From Methylococcales bacterium (GTDB lineage: Bacteria; Pseudomonadota; Gammaproteobacteria; Methylococcales; Methylomonadaceae), in assembly GCA_028707085.1 (NCBI GenBank), contig JAQTUW010000001.1, forward strand, positions 57,030 to 121,029: DNA of 64,000 bases. The letters run 5' to 3'. Of the stretch, positions 1 through 9,204 are shown piece by piece. Every line of letters begins with the position of its first letter. Positions within the stretch are counted from its first letter, which is position 1. The translations under genes were made by a program, and so were the position numbers. The notes beneath the pieces were generated by a model. The model saw only the letters and a program-made list of their open reading frames with translations. It did not search any database and was not told the DNA's origin.

Positions 1-270
1 GGACAGGTGCCGCCGGTCAGCTCCACCAAATCCCTGACCGGCCACGCCCTGGGTGCGGCCGGCGTCAACGAGGCCATTTATTCCTTATTGATGATGCAGG
101 AGAACTTCCTCAGCGCTTCCGCCAACATCACCGAACTCGACCCGGAAGCGGCGGGCATGCCGATTGTCAGGGAATTTACCGACAATGTGACCTTAAACAC
201 CATCATGTCCAATAGCTTCGGCTTTGGCGGCACCAACGCCACGCTGATCTTTCAGCGCTTTAACGGCTAA
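1..270 (+). CDS. fabB: 3-oxoacyl-ACP synthase I, C-terminal fragment (the gene starts upstream of the window)
   Basis: Frame 1 is open from base 1. The C-terminus [23 protein letters not shown]...[19 protein letters not shown] is typical of KAS I/II and closest to the FabB tail as I recall it. Confidence 0.85.
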   Translation, partial: GQVPPVSSTKSLTGHALGAAGVNEAIYSLLMMQENFLSASANITELDPEAAGMPIVREFTDNVTLNTIMSNSFGFGGTNATLIFQRFNG

Positions 271-316
271 TTGAAACAGCCGCGGCTAGCCATGCCGCGG
301 CTGCGCCAAACTATCT

Positions 317-1174
317 ATGTCAGAGCAAGAACAAAAATCCAGAACCCAGTTCAACAAATTGCAGAAGCGCCTGCGACGCTGTGTCGGCGAGGCGATAGCG
401 GATTACAATATGCTGGAGCAGGGCGACAAGGTCATGGTCTGCCTGTCCGGCGGCAAGGACTCCTACACCATGCTGGATATTCTGCTCAATTTGCAGAAAA
501 CCGCGCCCATCGATTTTGAAATCATCGCCGTCAATCTGGATCAGAAACAGCCCGGTTTTCCGCCGCATGTCCTGCCCGAGTATCTGACTGCCCTGCGGGT
601 ACCGTTTCATATTATCGAACACGACACCTACAGCATCGTCAAACGCATCATTCCCGAAGGCAAAACCACCTGCAGCCTGTGCTCCAGACTGCGGCGCGGT
701 TCCCTATATGGTTTTGCCAGAGAGCATGGCGTCAGCAAGATCGCCCTGGGCCATCACCGGGAAGACATTATTGAAACCTTTTTTCTGAACATGTTCTATG
801 CCGGCAAATTAAAGGCCATGCCGCCCAAGCTGCTCAGCGACGACAAGCAAAATATCATTATCCGCCCCTTGGCCTATTGCCGGGAAAAAGACATCAACCG
901 TTTCGCCGCCTTCAAGAAGTTTCCCATCATCCCCTGTAATTTATGCGGGTCGCAGGAAAATCTGCAACGGGTGGCTATGAAACAGATGCTGGGCAACTGG
1001 GACAAGCAATTTCCCGGACGGCTGGAAACCATATTCGCCAGCCTGCAAAATATAGCCCCTTCACAGATGGCGGATACCGGCCTGTTTGATTTTGCCGGTT
1101 TGCAACGTGATCCAGACTCCAGCCTGCGGCACATCGCTTCGGAAGAGTACGGATTGGACATCCTTGAACGTTAA
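317..1174 (+). CDS. ttcA: tRNA 2-thiocytidine(32) synthetase TtcA (PP-loop ATPase)
   Basis: It has the PP-loop motif [12 protein letters not shown], the conserved [10 protein letters not shown] block, and CxxC pairs ([18 protein letters not shown]). Confidence 0.9.
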   Translation: MSEQEQKSRTQFNKLQKRLRRCVGEAIADYNMLEQGDKVMVCLSGGKDSYTMLDILLNLQKTAPIDFEIIAVNLDQKQPGFPPHVLPEYLTALRVPFHIIEHDTYSIVKRIIPEGKTTCSLCSRLRRGSLYGFAREHGVSKIALGHHREDIIETFFLNMFYAGKLKAMPPKLLSDDKQNIIIRPLAYCREKDINRFAAFKKFPIIPCNLCGSQENLQRVAMKQMLGNWDKQFPGRLETIFASLQNIAPSQMADTGLFDFAGLQRDPDSSLRHIASEEYGLDILER

Positions 1175-1188
1175 TTTGATGGAACATA

Positions 1189-2241
1189 ATGATGAAAAAA
1201 ACCATTCTGGTCACGGGCGGCGCCGGCTATATCGGCAGCCATACCTGCGTTGAGCTACTGAACAACGGTTTTGAGGTGGTGGTGCTGGACAACCTTAGCA
1301 ACAGCAAAATCGAATCCATACGCAGAATAGAAAAAATCACCGGCCGTAGCGTCGCTTTTCATCAGGCCGATGTCCGGGATCTGCCGTTGCTGAAGCAGAT
1401 TTTTCAGCAATATCACATCAGCGCCGCCATCCACTTCGCCGGGCTGAAAGCCGTCGGCGAATCCTGCCAGCAACCTCTGAGCTACTACAAAAACAATCTG
1501 GACAGCACCCTGGCGCTGCTGGAAGCCATGGATCAGGCCCAGGTCAAAAATCTGGTGTTCAGCTCCTCTGCCACGGTTTACGGCGACCCGCATAGCGTGC
1601 CGATACTGGAAAGCTTTCCGTTGCAAGCCACCAACCCCTACGGCCGCACCAAGCTGTTCATAGAAGAAATGCTCCGTGACGCCAGCAACGCCGACTTGCT
1701 GAACAATAGCGAACAGCCCTGGAAAATCGCCATATTGCGTTATTTTAATCCGACCGGTGCGCACCACAGCGGCCTGATAGGCGAAGACCCCAACGGCATA
1801 CCCAATAATCTGATCCCTTATCTTTCCCAGGTGGCCATCGGCAAGCTGGAAATTCTGTCCATTTTCGGCAACGACTATCCCACCCACGACGGCACGGGGG
1901 TGCGCGATTACATTCATGTTGTCGATCTGGCCCAGGGCCATATCAAGGCCCTGCAATACCTGCTGGCGCAACCCGCCGGCGCGGTGCTGTGCGAAGCCTA
2001 CAACCTAGGCACCGGCATCGGCTACAGCGTACTGGACATGGTAAACACGTTCCATAAAGTTTCCGGCCGCGATGTGCCTTACAGAATTACCCCGCGCCGC
2101 AGCGGCGATGTCGCCGCCTGCTACGCCGACCCGGCTCTGTCCTATCAAAAACTGGGCTGGAAAGCGGAAAGAAACCTGGAAGAAATGCTGGCCGACACCT
2201 GGCGCTGGCAGACCAGCAACCCGGACGGTTACGGCGAATAA
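1189..2241 (+). CDS. galE: UDP-glucose 4-epimerase
   Basis: The N-terminal Rossmann motif is VTGGAGYIGSH. The SDR catalytic region is SSSATVYG...NPYGRTK. The 350-aa length and overall similarity fit GalE. Confidence 0.9.
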   Translation: MMKKTILVTGGAGYIGSHTCVELLNNGFEVVVLDNLSNSKIESIRRIEKITGRSVAFHQADVRDLPLLKQIFQQYHISAAIHFAGLKAVGESCQQPLSYYKNNLDSTLALLEAMDQAQVKNLVFSSSATVYGDPHSVPILESFPLQATNPYGRTKLFIEEMLRDASNADLLNNSEQPWKIAILRYFNPTGAHHSGLIGEDPNGIPNNLIPYLSQVAIGKLEILSIFGNDYPTHDGTGVRDYIHVVDLAQGHIKALQYLLAQPAGAVLCEAYNLGTGIGYSVLDMVNTFHKVSGRDVPYRITPRRSGDVAACYADPALSYQKLGWKAERNLEEMLADTWRWQTSNPDGYGE

Positions 2242-2315
2242 GGCGTAAAGCGGGGCGGAAGCCGTGGCAAGGCAGGGCCGGCAGCCATGCTTCGGCTTCG
2301 GATTGAGGGTTTGCA

Positions 2316-2343
2316 TTGACAAAATTCTGTAATTTAATACAAT
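2316..2343 (+). promoter_or_regulatory. Sigma70-type promoter candidate for tRNA-Leu
   Basis: TTGACA (2316-2321) and TACAAT (2338-2343) are separated by a 16-nt spacer. The site lies about 25 nt upstream of the tRNA 5' end. Confidence 0.45.
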
Positions 2344-2368
2344 GACGAATTCAATCTTTTACAAGATT

Positions 2369-2455
2369 GCCTCGGTGGCGAAATAGGTAGACGCACGGGA
2401 CTTAAAATCCCGCGGCCGAAAGGCCGTACCGGTTCGATTCCGGTCTGAGGCACCA
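2369..2455 (+). tRNA. tRNA-Leu (anticodon UAA), class II with a long variable arm, CCA encoded
   Basis: The acceptor stem GCCTCGG pairs with CTGAGGC. The anticodon stem CGGGA/TCCCG carries the loop CTTAAAA. The variable arm is CGGCCGAAAGGCCG, the T-arm is ACCGG-TTCGATT-CCGGT, and the 3' end is ACCA. Confidence 0.9.
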
Positions 2456-2528
2456 TTTAAATCAATAAGTTAGATTAATTTATAATGTCGTAACAAAATC
2501 GACTGCAACGATTGTTAAAAGTTCATAA

Positions 2529-3030
2529 TCACCGGATCTGCGAAATTCGGTGAATATTTTTTTTCTCCTTCCCAATATTCAGCATTCCAGAGATTCTAGC
2601 CGCATCTGCGGAAAGATGCTCAGGCGCCAAATGCGCATAACGCAAGACCATTTCATAGCATGACCAACTGCCTAATTCCTGTAGCACATGCAAGGGCGTT
2701 CCGGCTTGTACATGCCAACTTGTCCAAGTATGCCGCAGGCCATGCCAACAAAAGTTTTCAATACCTAAACTTCTGACAATGTTTCGCCAGTTCTCGGTAC
2801 CCGCTTTGGGTGCTTGCCAATTTGATTTCTAATAATCGCGATAGCATCTTCATTAAGCGGAACCCCTAATCATTTTATTGTTTTAGACTCGTCAGCATGC
2901 ACCCACATCAATTTATTTTGCATGTTGATCTGCGACCATTCCAAAAAACAGACGTTAGCCTCTCGCAATCCAGTTGCAAGCATGAACGCGGCCATATCCC
3001 GTGTATGATCTGGAATCGGCAAACAACAGC
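2529..3030 (-). pseudogene. Tyrosine recombinase (phage/P4-type integrase) remnant, N-terminally truncated and frameshifted
   Basis: Three different minus-strand frames carry consecutive integrase segments. These are LPIPDHTRDMAAFMLATGLREANVCFLEW, GVPLNEDAIAIIRNQIGKHPKRV, and WRNIVRSLGIENFCWHGLRHTWTSWHVQAGTPLHVLQELGSWSCYEMVLRYAHLAPEHL (the catalytic HxLRHT...Y region). It lies immediately 3' of tRNA-Leu. Confidence 0.75.
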
Positions 3031-3094
3031 AAGGTCTTATCGGCCGAACAGAAACACAGCCCGCCATAGCTTTCCACCAGGGTTTTGAGCTCCG

Positions 3095-3315
3095 ACTTGG
3101 ACTGTATTTACCGATCCAGGTATGCAGGGTATTAACATTGATTCCAAGGTCTTTGGTGGTCTGGGTGATAGGTTGATCAGATTCGTTGGCAAGCTTAACT
3201 GCGGACTCTCTGAATTCGGCTGTATAGGTTTTGGGTTTTTCTTGGCTCATTTGGGCTCACACTCGGTTTACATTATTTTAAAGTGTGTGTTCGGTTTAGT
3301 GTAGCCACATCAATA
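3095..3315 (-). mobile_element. IS3-family insertion sequence remnant (orfA HTH N-terminus only)
   Basis: MSQEKPKTYTAEFRESAVKLANESDQPITQTTKDLGINVNTLHTWIGKY is a typical IS3/IS911 OrfA helix-turn-helix. The reading frame then runs directly into integrase-derived sequence (chimeric ORF 2870..3250). No orfB is present. The element boundaries are approximate. Confidence 0.55.
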
Positions 3316-3366
3316 TTTGCAAGCCCCAATGTCTAGTCAAGGACGCGCGGTGTCGGGTCTTGCCTT

Positions 3367-6069
3367 TTATGGAAAGCGGGTTGTTGAGGATGCGTCTGGA
3401 ATGTCGGCGGATTTGGATAAACTGCCTTTCAACAATAACATTGCAACCAGCGCCGTCCAGCCGGTTTGGTGGGACGCGCCTAGCCCTTGACCTGTTTCGG
3501 CATGAAAATATTCGTGGAATAACAATTGATCCCGCCAGTCAGGATCATGTTGCAGAGGATGGTCGGCAGGATAGGCCGGGATCATGCCGTCGGTGTCGCG
3601 CCGAAACAGGTCGATCAGTCTTTGCGCCAGACAAACGTTGATTTCCGCCAGGGTCAAGGGGGTTTCCGCCAGTCCCGGGGCGGACACTTTAAAATTATCG
3701 CCAAGATAGCGGTAAAACTTTTCCAATGTTTCAAGCAGCGAATAATTGGTCGGAAACCAGATCGGTCCGCGCCAGTTGGAATTGCCGCCGAACAGGAATG
3801 AATCGGATTCGCCCGGCGCATAGTCGATCAAGGCCTGACCGATACCCGGCATCAGGCCAAGATCGCGCTGCCGGGCGTGAATCTTGCTGAGGCTGCGAAT
3901 GCCGTAAGCCGATAAAAATTCCTGTTCGTTCAACAGATGCTGCAAGATGCCCGGCAGTATGCCATGATCGACCAAAGACAGCAGATGCTCGCCTTTTTCG
4001 TTGGTCATTTCCGGGCAGGCGCAAATCGTGTGACCGTCGAACATGCCGCCGCGATGCGCATAAAGCATGGCCCTAAAGCGTGGCGCATGGTTCAATATTT
4101 CGGCATCGACCACCTCGGTGGCGAACAGGGGAATAACGCCCACCCAGGAAAACACATCCAGGCGCTGATACTCGCCGGACGGGGTCAGAATCAGATCCTT
4201 GAAAAAGTGGTCTTTTGCATCCCATAATGAAACGCCATGCGGGCCATACCCGGCGATGGCTTTGCCGATCGCCAGAAACTGAGCGTAGCATTGAATGGCG
4301 ATGTCTTCGTAATCGCGTCCGGCCGCGGTCAGCTCCAGCGCCATCATGGTCATATTCAGGGCGGACATGGCCATCCAGCCGGTAGCGTCGGCCTGTTTCA
4401 GCCGATAGCCGGCCGGCAGCGGCCTGGAGCGGTCGTACACTGAAATATTGTCCAGCCCCATAAATCCGCCTTCGAACAAATCGTGCTGTTCGCTGTCTTT
4501 GCGATTCAGCCACCAGGCGTAATTCAGCAGCAGTTTATTCAGCATGCGCTGCAAAAAATTAAAATCCGCGCGTCCATGGCGTTCGCGTTCGGTACGAAAC
4601 ACCGACAAGGCCGCGGCGGCATGGAAAGGCGGGTTGGTATCGTTAAAATCCCATTCGTAAGCCGGCAAATGGCCGTTGGGATGGAGATAGCGCTCGTTTA
4701 ACAGCAGTTCCAGTTGCCGTTTGGCGAATTCGATGTCGATGACTGCATAGGCTATCGCCTGATAAGCCACGTCCCATCCGGCAAACCACGGGTATTCCCA
4801 GCAATCGGGCATGGCGATAATGTCATGCGCTTGCAGATGCCGCCACTGGCGGTTGCGTATCCCTATCCGCTGTTTGGGTGGCTGGATTTTGTCGCCATCC
4901 TGCCAGCGCGCCACATCAAAGTGATAATACTGCTTGTTCCAGATCAGGCCGGCCATGGCCTGGCGAAAAATTCGCCTATCCTGTCCGGCCGTCATGTCCG
5001 GCAAAAAGGCTTGATAAAACTGGTCGGCTTCCTGGCGGCGTTGGTTTAAAACCGCTTCGAAATCCGACCGGGTTAGCGTCGTCTGTTCGCTGCTCAAAAC
5101 CAGATCGATGCTTTCCGTTGCGCCGGGTTCGATGCTCAGCGCATGCCAGGCCGCGCTTTTGCTGCCTTTTTGAGCCGGATTGACGGCTTGCTGCTCGCCG
5201 TTGACCACGGCGCGATGAAACGCGTCCTTGAGGTAAGGGGTGGTATTGGCCTGCCCCCATAGCGTCTGGGTGTTGCTGTCGTTTTCCGTAAACAAAAGCC
5301 GGGCGGTCTGGCGGCCATGCAAACGGTACGAACCCAGACCGGAGCAATAGCCTTCGATGGCCCAGGCCATCCCTTCGCCGGGATCGCCGGCTACCAGTTG
5401 CGGGCGCTGTTGGCCGTCGCCCCAGGACCAGACGTTGCGATACCATAAAGTCGGCAGCACATGCAGGCTTGCCGCTTGCGGGCCGCGATTGGCGATGTTG
5501 ACGCGGCAGAGAATGGTTTCGGGGCTGTGTTTGGCATAGATGATATCGATGTCGAAGTAGCGGTTTTCCGCAAAAACGCCGGTATGCTCCAGTTGAAAGG
5601 GTGGCGTGCGGCGGTCGCGGCGACTATTTTCCTGGATGAGTTGCTGATAGGGAAAAAGGCTTTGCGGGTATTTATAACGGTAATGCAGATAGCTGTGGGT
5701 AGGCGTTGCATCCCGATAAAAATAAGCTTCTTTAACCTCTTCGCCGTGGTTGCCTTGCCGATTGGTCAAACCGAAGGCGCGTTCTTTAAGGATGGGATCG
5801 ACGCTATTCCAGAACGCTAGGGCGAAACACAGGCGCTGCTCTGTGTCGCAGAGGCCGCCCAGCCCATCTTCGTTCCAGCGGTAGGCGCGAGAGCGGGACT
5901 GCTCGTGGGTAAAATAGTCCCAGGCCTCGCCGTCGGCGCTATAGTCCTCGCGAACTGTGCCCCAGGCGCGTTCGGCCAGATACGGCCCCCATAATTGCCA
6001 GTCTTGCTGGCCGGCGGTTTGGGCTTCAAGGCGCTGGCGTTCGACCAAGGGCGGTTTGTTATTCATCAT
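3367..6069 (-). CDS. Large cytoplasmic GH63/MGH1-like glycoside hydrolase (glucosidase family)
   Basis: This is a 900-aa uninterrupted ORF. The N-terminus WQLWGPYLAERAWGTVREDYSADGEAWDYF and the (alpha/alpha)6-type C-terminal region resemble the conserved bacterial 'glucosidase' family. The call comes from recall, not from an alignment. Confidence 0.6.
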   Translation of the reverse strand: MMNNKPPLVERQRLEAQTAGQQDWQLWGPYLAERAWGTVREDYSADGEAWDYFTHEQSRSRAYRWNEDGLGGLCDTEQRLCFALAFWNSVDPILKERAFGLTNRQGNHGEEVKEAYFYRDATPTHSYLHYRYKYPQSLFPYQQLIQENSRRDRRTPPFQLEHTGVFAENRYFDIDIIYAKHSPETILCRVNIANRGPQAASLHVLPTLWYRNVWSWGDGQQRPQLVAGDPGEGMAWAIEGYCSGLGSYRLHGRQTARLLFTENDSNTQTLWGQANTTPYLKDAFHRAVVNGEQQAVNPAQKGSKSAAWHALSIEPGATESIDLVLSSEQTTLTRSDFEAVLNQRRQEADQFYQAFLPDMTAGQDRRIFRQAMAGLIWNKQYYHFDVARWQDGDKIQPPKQRIGIRNRQWRHLQAHDIIAMPDCWEYPWFAGWDVAYQAIAYAVIDIEFAKRQLELLLNERYLHPNGHLPAYEWDFNDTNPPFHAAAALSVFRTERERHGRADFNFLQRMLNKLLLNYAWWLNRKDSEQHDLFEGGFMGLDNISVYDRSRPLPAGYRLKQADATGWMAMSALNMTMMALELTAAGRDYEDIAIQCYAQFLAIGKAIAGYGPHGVSLWDAKDHFFKDLILTPSGEYQRLDVFSWVGVIPLFATEVVDAEILNHAPRFRAMLYAHRGGMFDGHTICACPEMTNEKGEHLLSLVDHGILPGILQHLLNEQEFLSAYGIRSLSKIHARQRDLGLMPGIGQALIDYAPGESDSFLFGGNSNWRGPIWFPTNYSLLETLEKFYRYLGDNFKVSAPGLAETPLTLAEINVCLAQRLIDLFRRDTDGMIPAYPADHPLQHDPDWRDQLLFHEYFHAETGQGLGASHQTGWTALVAMLLLKGSLSKSADIPDASSTTRFP

Positions 6070-6111
6070 GGCGTCTCTAAACCTGGTCGGGCGCTCACCA
6101 CCTAGTTCGCA

Positions 6112-7602
6112 TCATTCCATTTCCATGGCTTTTTCAATGCGTTTGCACAGGGTCTTTAAAATCTTGATTCGGGCGAAATTCTTGTCGTTGGCTTCGACCA
6201 GCGTCCAGGGGGCGTTGTCGCAACTGGTTCTGTCCACCATGTCGCATACCGCGTGTTCGTATTCATCCCATTTTTCCCGGTTGCGCCAGTCTTCCGGGGT
6301 GATTTTAAAGTGCTTGAAGCCGGTGGCCTCCCGCGCCTGAAAGCGCGTCAATTGTTCGTCCTTGCTGATGGCCAGCCAGAATTTGATCAGCACTACGCCG
6401 TTGTCGGTCAACTGGGCTTCGAAGTCGTTGATTTCGTTATAGGCGCGCATCCAGTGCAGTTTGCTGCAGAAGCCCTCCACCCGCTCCACCAGCACCCGGC
6501 CATACCAGGAGCGGTCGAAAATGGTCAGCCGGCCTTTGCCGGGGATGTGGCGCCAGAAACGCCATAGATACGGCTGGGCGCGTTCTTCTTCGCTGGGCGC
6601 GGCTATGGGAATGATCTCGTAATAACGGGCGTCCAGAGCGCTGACGATCCGGCGGATGGCGCCGCCCTTGCCGGCGGCGTCGTTGCCTTCGAAAACCACG
6701 ATCACCGACAGGTTGGCGAATTTGCGGTGGCGGGTCAGTTCAGCCAGTTTGCCGTGATATTTTTCCAGTTCCGCCTCGAACGCCTCGTCCGGAATTGTTT
6801 GGGTCAGATCCAGGGTGTGCAGAATGTCCAGATTGTCGATGGGTGGCATGGGCAGCGGCGCATGCAGTTCGGTCGGCGGGGTTTCCGGTTCGTCCAGGCG
6901 TTTGCGGATGGCGTTCAGCAAGATTTCGCCCACCGTCAGGACTCGGTAGTGCGGATCGTGGCCCTCGACGATTAGCCACGGGGCTTCGGCTGTGCTGGTC
7001 TGACGGATGACCTGTTCATGCACAGCCCGGAATTTGTCGTACTGTTTATAGCGTTTCCAGTCGCGATCGGTGACCTGCCAGCGGGTGGCCGGGTTTTCCT
7101 CCAGCAGTTTAAGCCGCTTTTTCTGCTTGTCTTTGGATAGATGCAGCCAGAATTTAACCAGAATCACGCCTTCGTCGGTCAGCATTTTTTCAAAGCGCCG
7201 GGTCTGCTCCAGAGTCTGTTCCAGCTCGGCCTCCTTGGTGCGCCCGGCCACCCTGTCCAGTATCGGCCAGGTGTACCAGGAGCCGAGAAACAGTCCGATC
7301 CTGCCTTTGGGCGGCAGTACCCGCCAGAATCGCCACATCATGGGCCGTTCCCGTTCTTCGGCGCTGGGTTCGCCCATGCCGTGGGTTCTGATGAAACGGG
7401 CGTCCATCCATTTGTTCAGCAGATTGACGGTTTCGCCGCGCCCCGCGCCATCCAGACCGGCAACGATAACGATGACCGGATATTTGCCAGCCGCTGCCAA
7501 ATCCATTTGCGCCGTCAGTAGTGCTTCCCGTAGCGCGGGAACCTGCTGATCGTAGCTGGCTTTGTCTATTTTGTGTCCAAGTTCCGCTGATTCAAACATC
7601 AT
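6112..7602 (-). CDS. pap: Two-domain polyphosphate kinase 2 family protein (polyphosphate:AMP phosphotransferase type)
   Basis: The protein has two tandem PPK2 domains, each with a Walker-A-like motif (GLDGAGRGETV and GNDAAGKGGAI) and a repeated WRFWR..P.KG...F.RSWY block. Its 496-aa length matches class II PPK2/PAP. Confidence 0.8.
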   Translation of the reverse strand: MMFESAELGHKIDKASYDQQVPALREALLTAQMDLAAAGKYPVIVIVAGLDGAGRGETVNLLNKWMDARFIRTHGMGEPSAEERERPMMWRFWRVLPPKGRIGLFLGSWYTWPILDRVAGRTKEAELEQTLEQTRRFEKMLTDEGVILVKFWLHLSKDKQKKRLKLLEENPATRWQVTDRDWKRYKQYDKFRAVHEQVIRQTSTAEAPWLIVEGHDPHYRVLTVGEILLNAIRKRLDEPETPPTELHAPLPMPPIDNLDILHTLDLTQTIPDEAFEAELEKYHGKLAELTRHRKFANLSVIVVFEGNDAAGKGGAIRRIVSALDARYYEIIPIAAPSEEERAQPYLWRFWRHIPGKGRLTIFDRSWYGRVLVERVEGFCSKLHWMRAYNEINDFEAQLTDNGVVLIKFWLAISKDEQLTRFQAREATGFKHFKITPEDWRNREKWDEYEHAVCDMVDRTSCDNAPWTLVEANDKNFARIKILKTLCKRIEKAMEME

Positions 7603-7892
7603 TTGTCTATCCGCTGTAAAGTGTGGCGAGGCGTCATCGATTCGGCGCGAGGGTAAAAACCGGCATTCGGTCAGTGAATACTATAGACTCACAAAACTTT
7701 AGACAAGCCTTGCCTCAAGGCATAAAATCCCGACGACGGACACGCTCATCGCAGAATGTCCGTTGAGCCCTTTTGTCCGCCGGGTGCGGATATTGTGGAT
7801 TAAATAAGGAATTTGATGCGCGGAAACCATGCAAACAGCATTCGGCATTGTTTCACGCGCGGTCACTCATTAAAAAAATATAGGATATTGAT

Positions 7893-8318
7893 ATGACAAC
7901 CTGGGTCGTAGTAGCAGATAGCAGCAGAGCGCGGTTTTTCGTGCGCGAGAGTCACAGTGAATTTTTACAGGAGCTGGACGGCGTCGTTCACCCCGAAGGC
8001 AGAATGCACGGGCAGGATGAATTCACAGACCGTCCGGGCGGCATCGCCGGCAGTCATGACGAGGGCAATCACCGTTTCGAAGCGGAGACCAGCTTCAAAG
8101 AGCACGAAGCCGAGGTTTTTGCCGGACAAATCGCCGACAGACTGGAGCATGGCCGGGTCAATCATGATTACCGCAAGCTTATCCTGGTCGCGCCGCCGGC
8201 CTTTTTAGGCGTGTTGCGGCAAGTGCTGAACAAGCATATTCTGGAACTGGTGAGCGGTTCCATGGATAAAAATCTGGTCGGCGAGGACGCTGAGGAAATT
8301 CGTAAACATATTCTCTGA
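7893..8318 (+). CDS. Host-attachment-protein family protein
   Basis: The N-terminus TWVVVADSSRARFF and the 141-aa size match this family as I recall it. Confidence 0.55.
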   Translation: MTTWVVVADSSRARFFVRESHSEFLQELDGVVHPEGRMHGQDEFTDRPGGIAGSHDEGNHRFEAETSFKEHEAEVFAGQIADRLEHGRVNHDYRKLILVAPPAFLGVLRQVLNKHILELVSGSMDKNLVGEDAEEIRKHIL

Positions 8319-8411
8319 TCCGTTCCAGACCGAGAGGATGAAAAATCGGCGAGCTGCCGCCCTTCCTGGAGGCGGAGGGCAGCTTGCCGGCATAGATCGC
8401 GACGGTCGCGG

Positions 8412-9188
8412 TCAATGATCGTAGCGGATTTTATTATCGGTCGATTTATTGAATACCGTGCCTAGCATATGCTGCTCTTTGAGCAGCAGGGCGGTTTCTT
8501 TCAGGTCATTGATATTGGTCTGGCCTTCGTCAATCACCAGCAGAACGCAATCCACAAGTGGAGCGAAACCCAGCGCGTCGTCCTGATCGAGGATGGGGGG
8601 CAGGTCAAAAATAATGATTCTGTCCGGATAGCGGTTTTTCAGCTCGCTGACCAGTCGCAGCATTTTCGGGGCGTGCAGCATTTCGGTGGAATTGAGCATG
8701 GGCTGTTTGCCGGCGGGCAGGATCACCAGCCGCTCGATTCCGGGGTTGATGAGTATGCTGTCGAGTTCGGTATTGTGCAGCAGATAATCGCTTAAACCGG
8801 CTTCAACATGCAGGCCGAATAATTTATGAATAGTGGGATTCTTGATGTTGGCGTCAACCAGCAGGGCCGTGCGGTTGAGTTCCATGGCGATGCTGATGGC
8901 CAGATTGGCGGCTGTCAGGCTGTTGCCCGTGCCGTGACTGGTGCTGGTGATGGCCAGCGTGTTCCAGTTGAGCGGATCCATGGTCTGCAGGCAGCGAGTG
9001 CGCAGCATGCGGTAGGATTCCAGCCACTTGCCGGGCTGATGAGCCGATATGAGTCTGTTGGCTTTCAGGGTGCTTTCCTTGACGGCCGACACCCGGGTCT
9101 GGCTGTAAACAATGTTGATGACGTCCGGAATGCCGCCGGCAGCCGTCAACGGACTGTTTGCTTCCTCAACTGTCTGATTCGAGTTCAT
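8412..9188 (-). CDS. BY-kinase-like (CpsD/CapB / PEP-CTERM-locus tyrosine autokinase-like) P-loop protein with degenerate Walker A and A'
   Basis: ITSTSHGTGNSLTAANLAISIA...LLVDANIKNP...IIIFDLPPIL aligns with the BY-kinase motifs Walker A, A' and B. It is the last gene of the export operon. Confidence 0.7.
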   Translation of the reverse strand: MNSNQTVEEANSPLTAAGGIPDVINIVYSQTRVSAVKESTLKANRLISAHQPGKWLESYRMLRTRCLQTMDPLNWNTLAITSTSHGTGNSLTAANLAISIAMELNRTALLVDANIKNPTIHKLFGLHVEAGLSDYLLHNTELDSILINPGIERLVILPAGKQPMLNSTEMLHAPKMLRLVSELKNRYPDRIIIFDLPPILDQDDALGFAPLVDCVLLVIDEGQTNINDLKETALLLKEQHMLGTVFNKSTDNKIRYDH

Positions 9189-9204
9189 GTATTTTCCCGT
9201 TTAA

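Noticed and set aside
2870-3250. A 126-aa ORF that could be annotated as an intact small protein.
   Set aside because: It is a chimera. The first ~50 aa are an IS3 OrfA helix-turn-helix, and the last ~50 aa are an internal segment of a tyrosine integrase whose remaining parts lie downstream in other frames.
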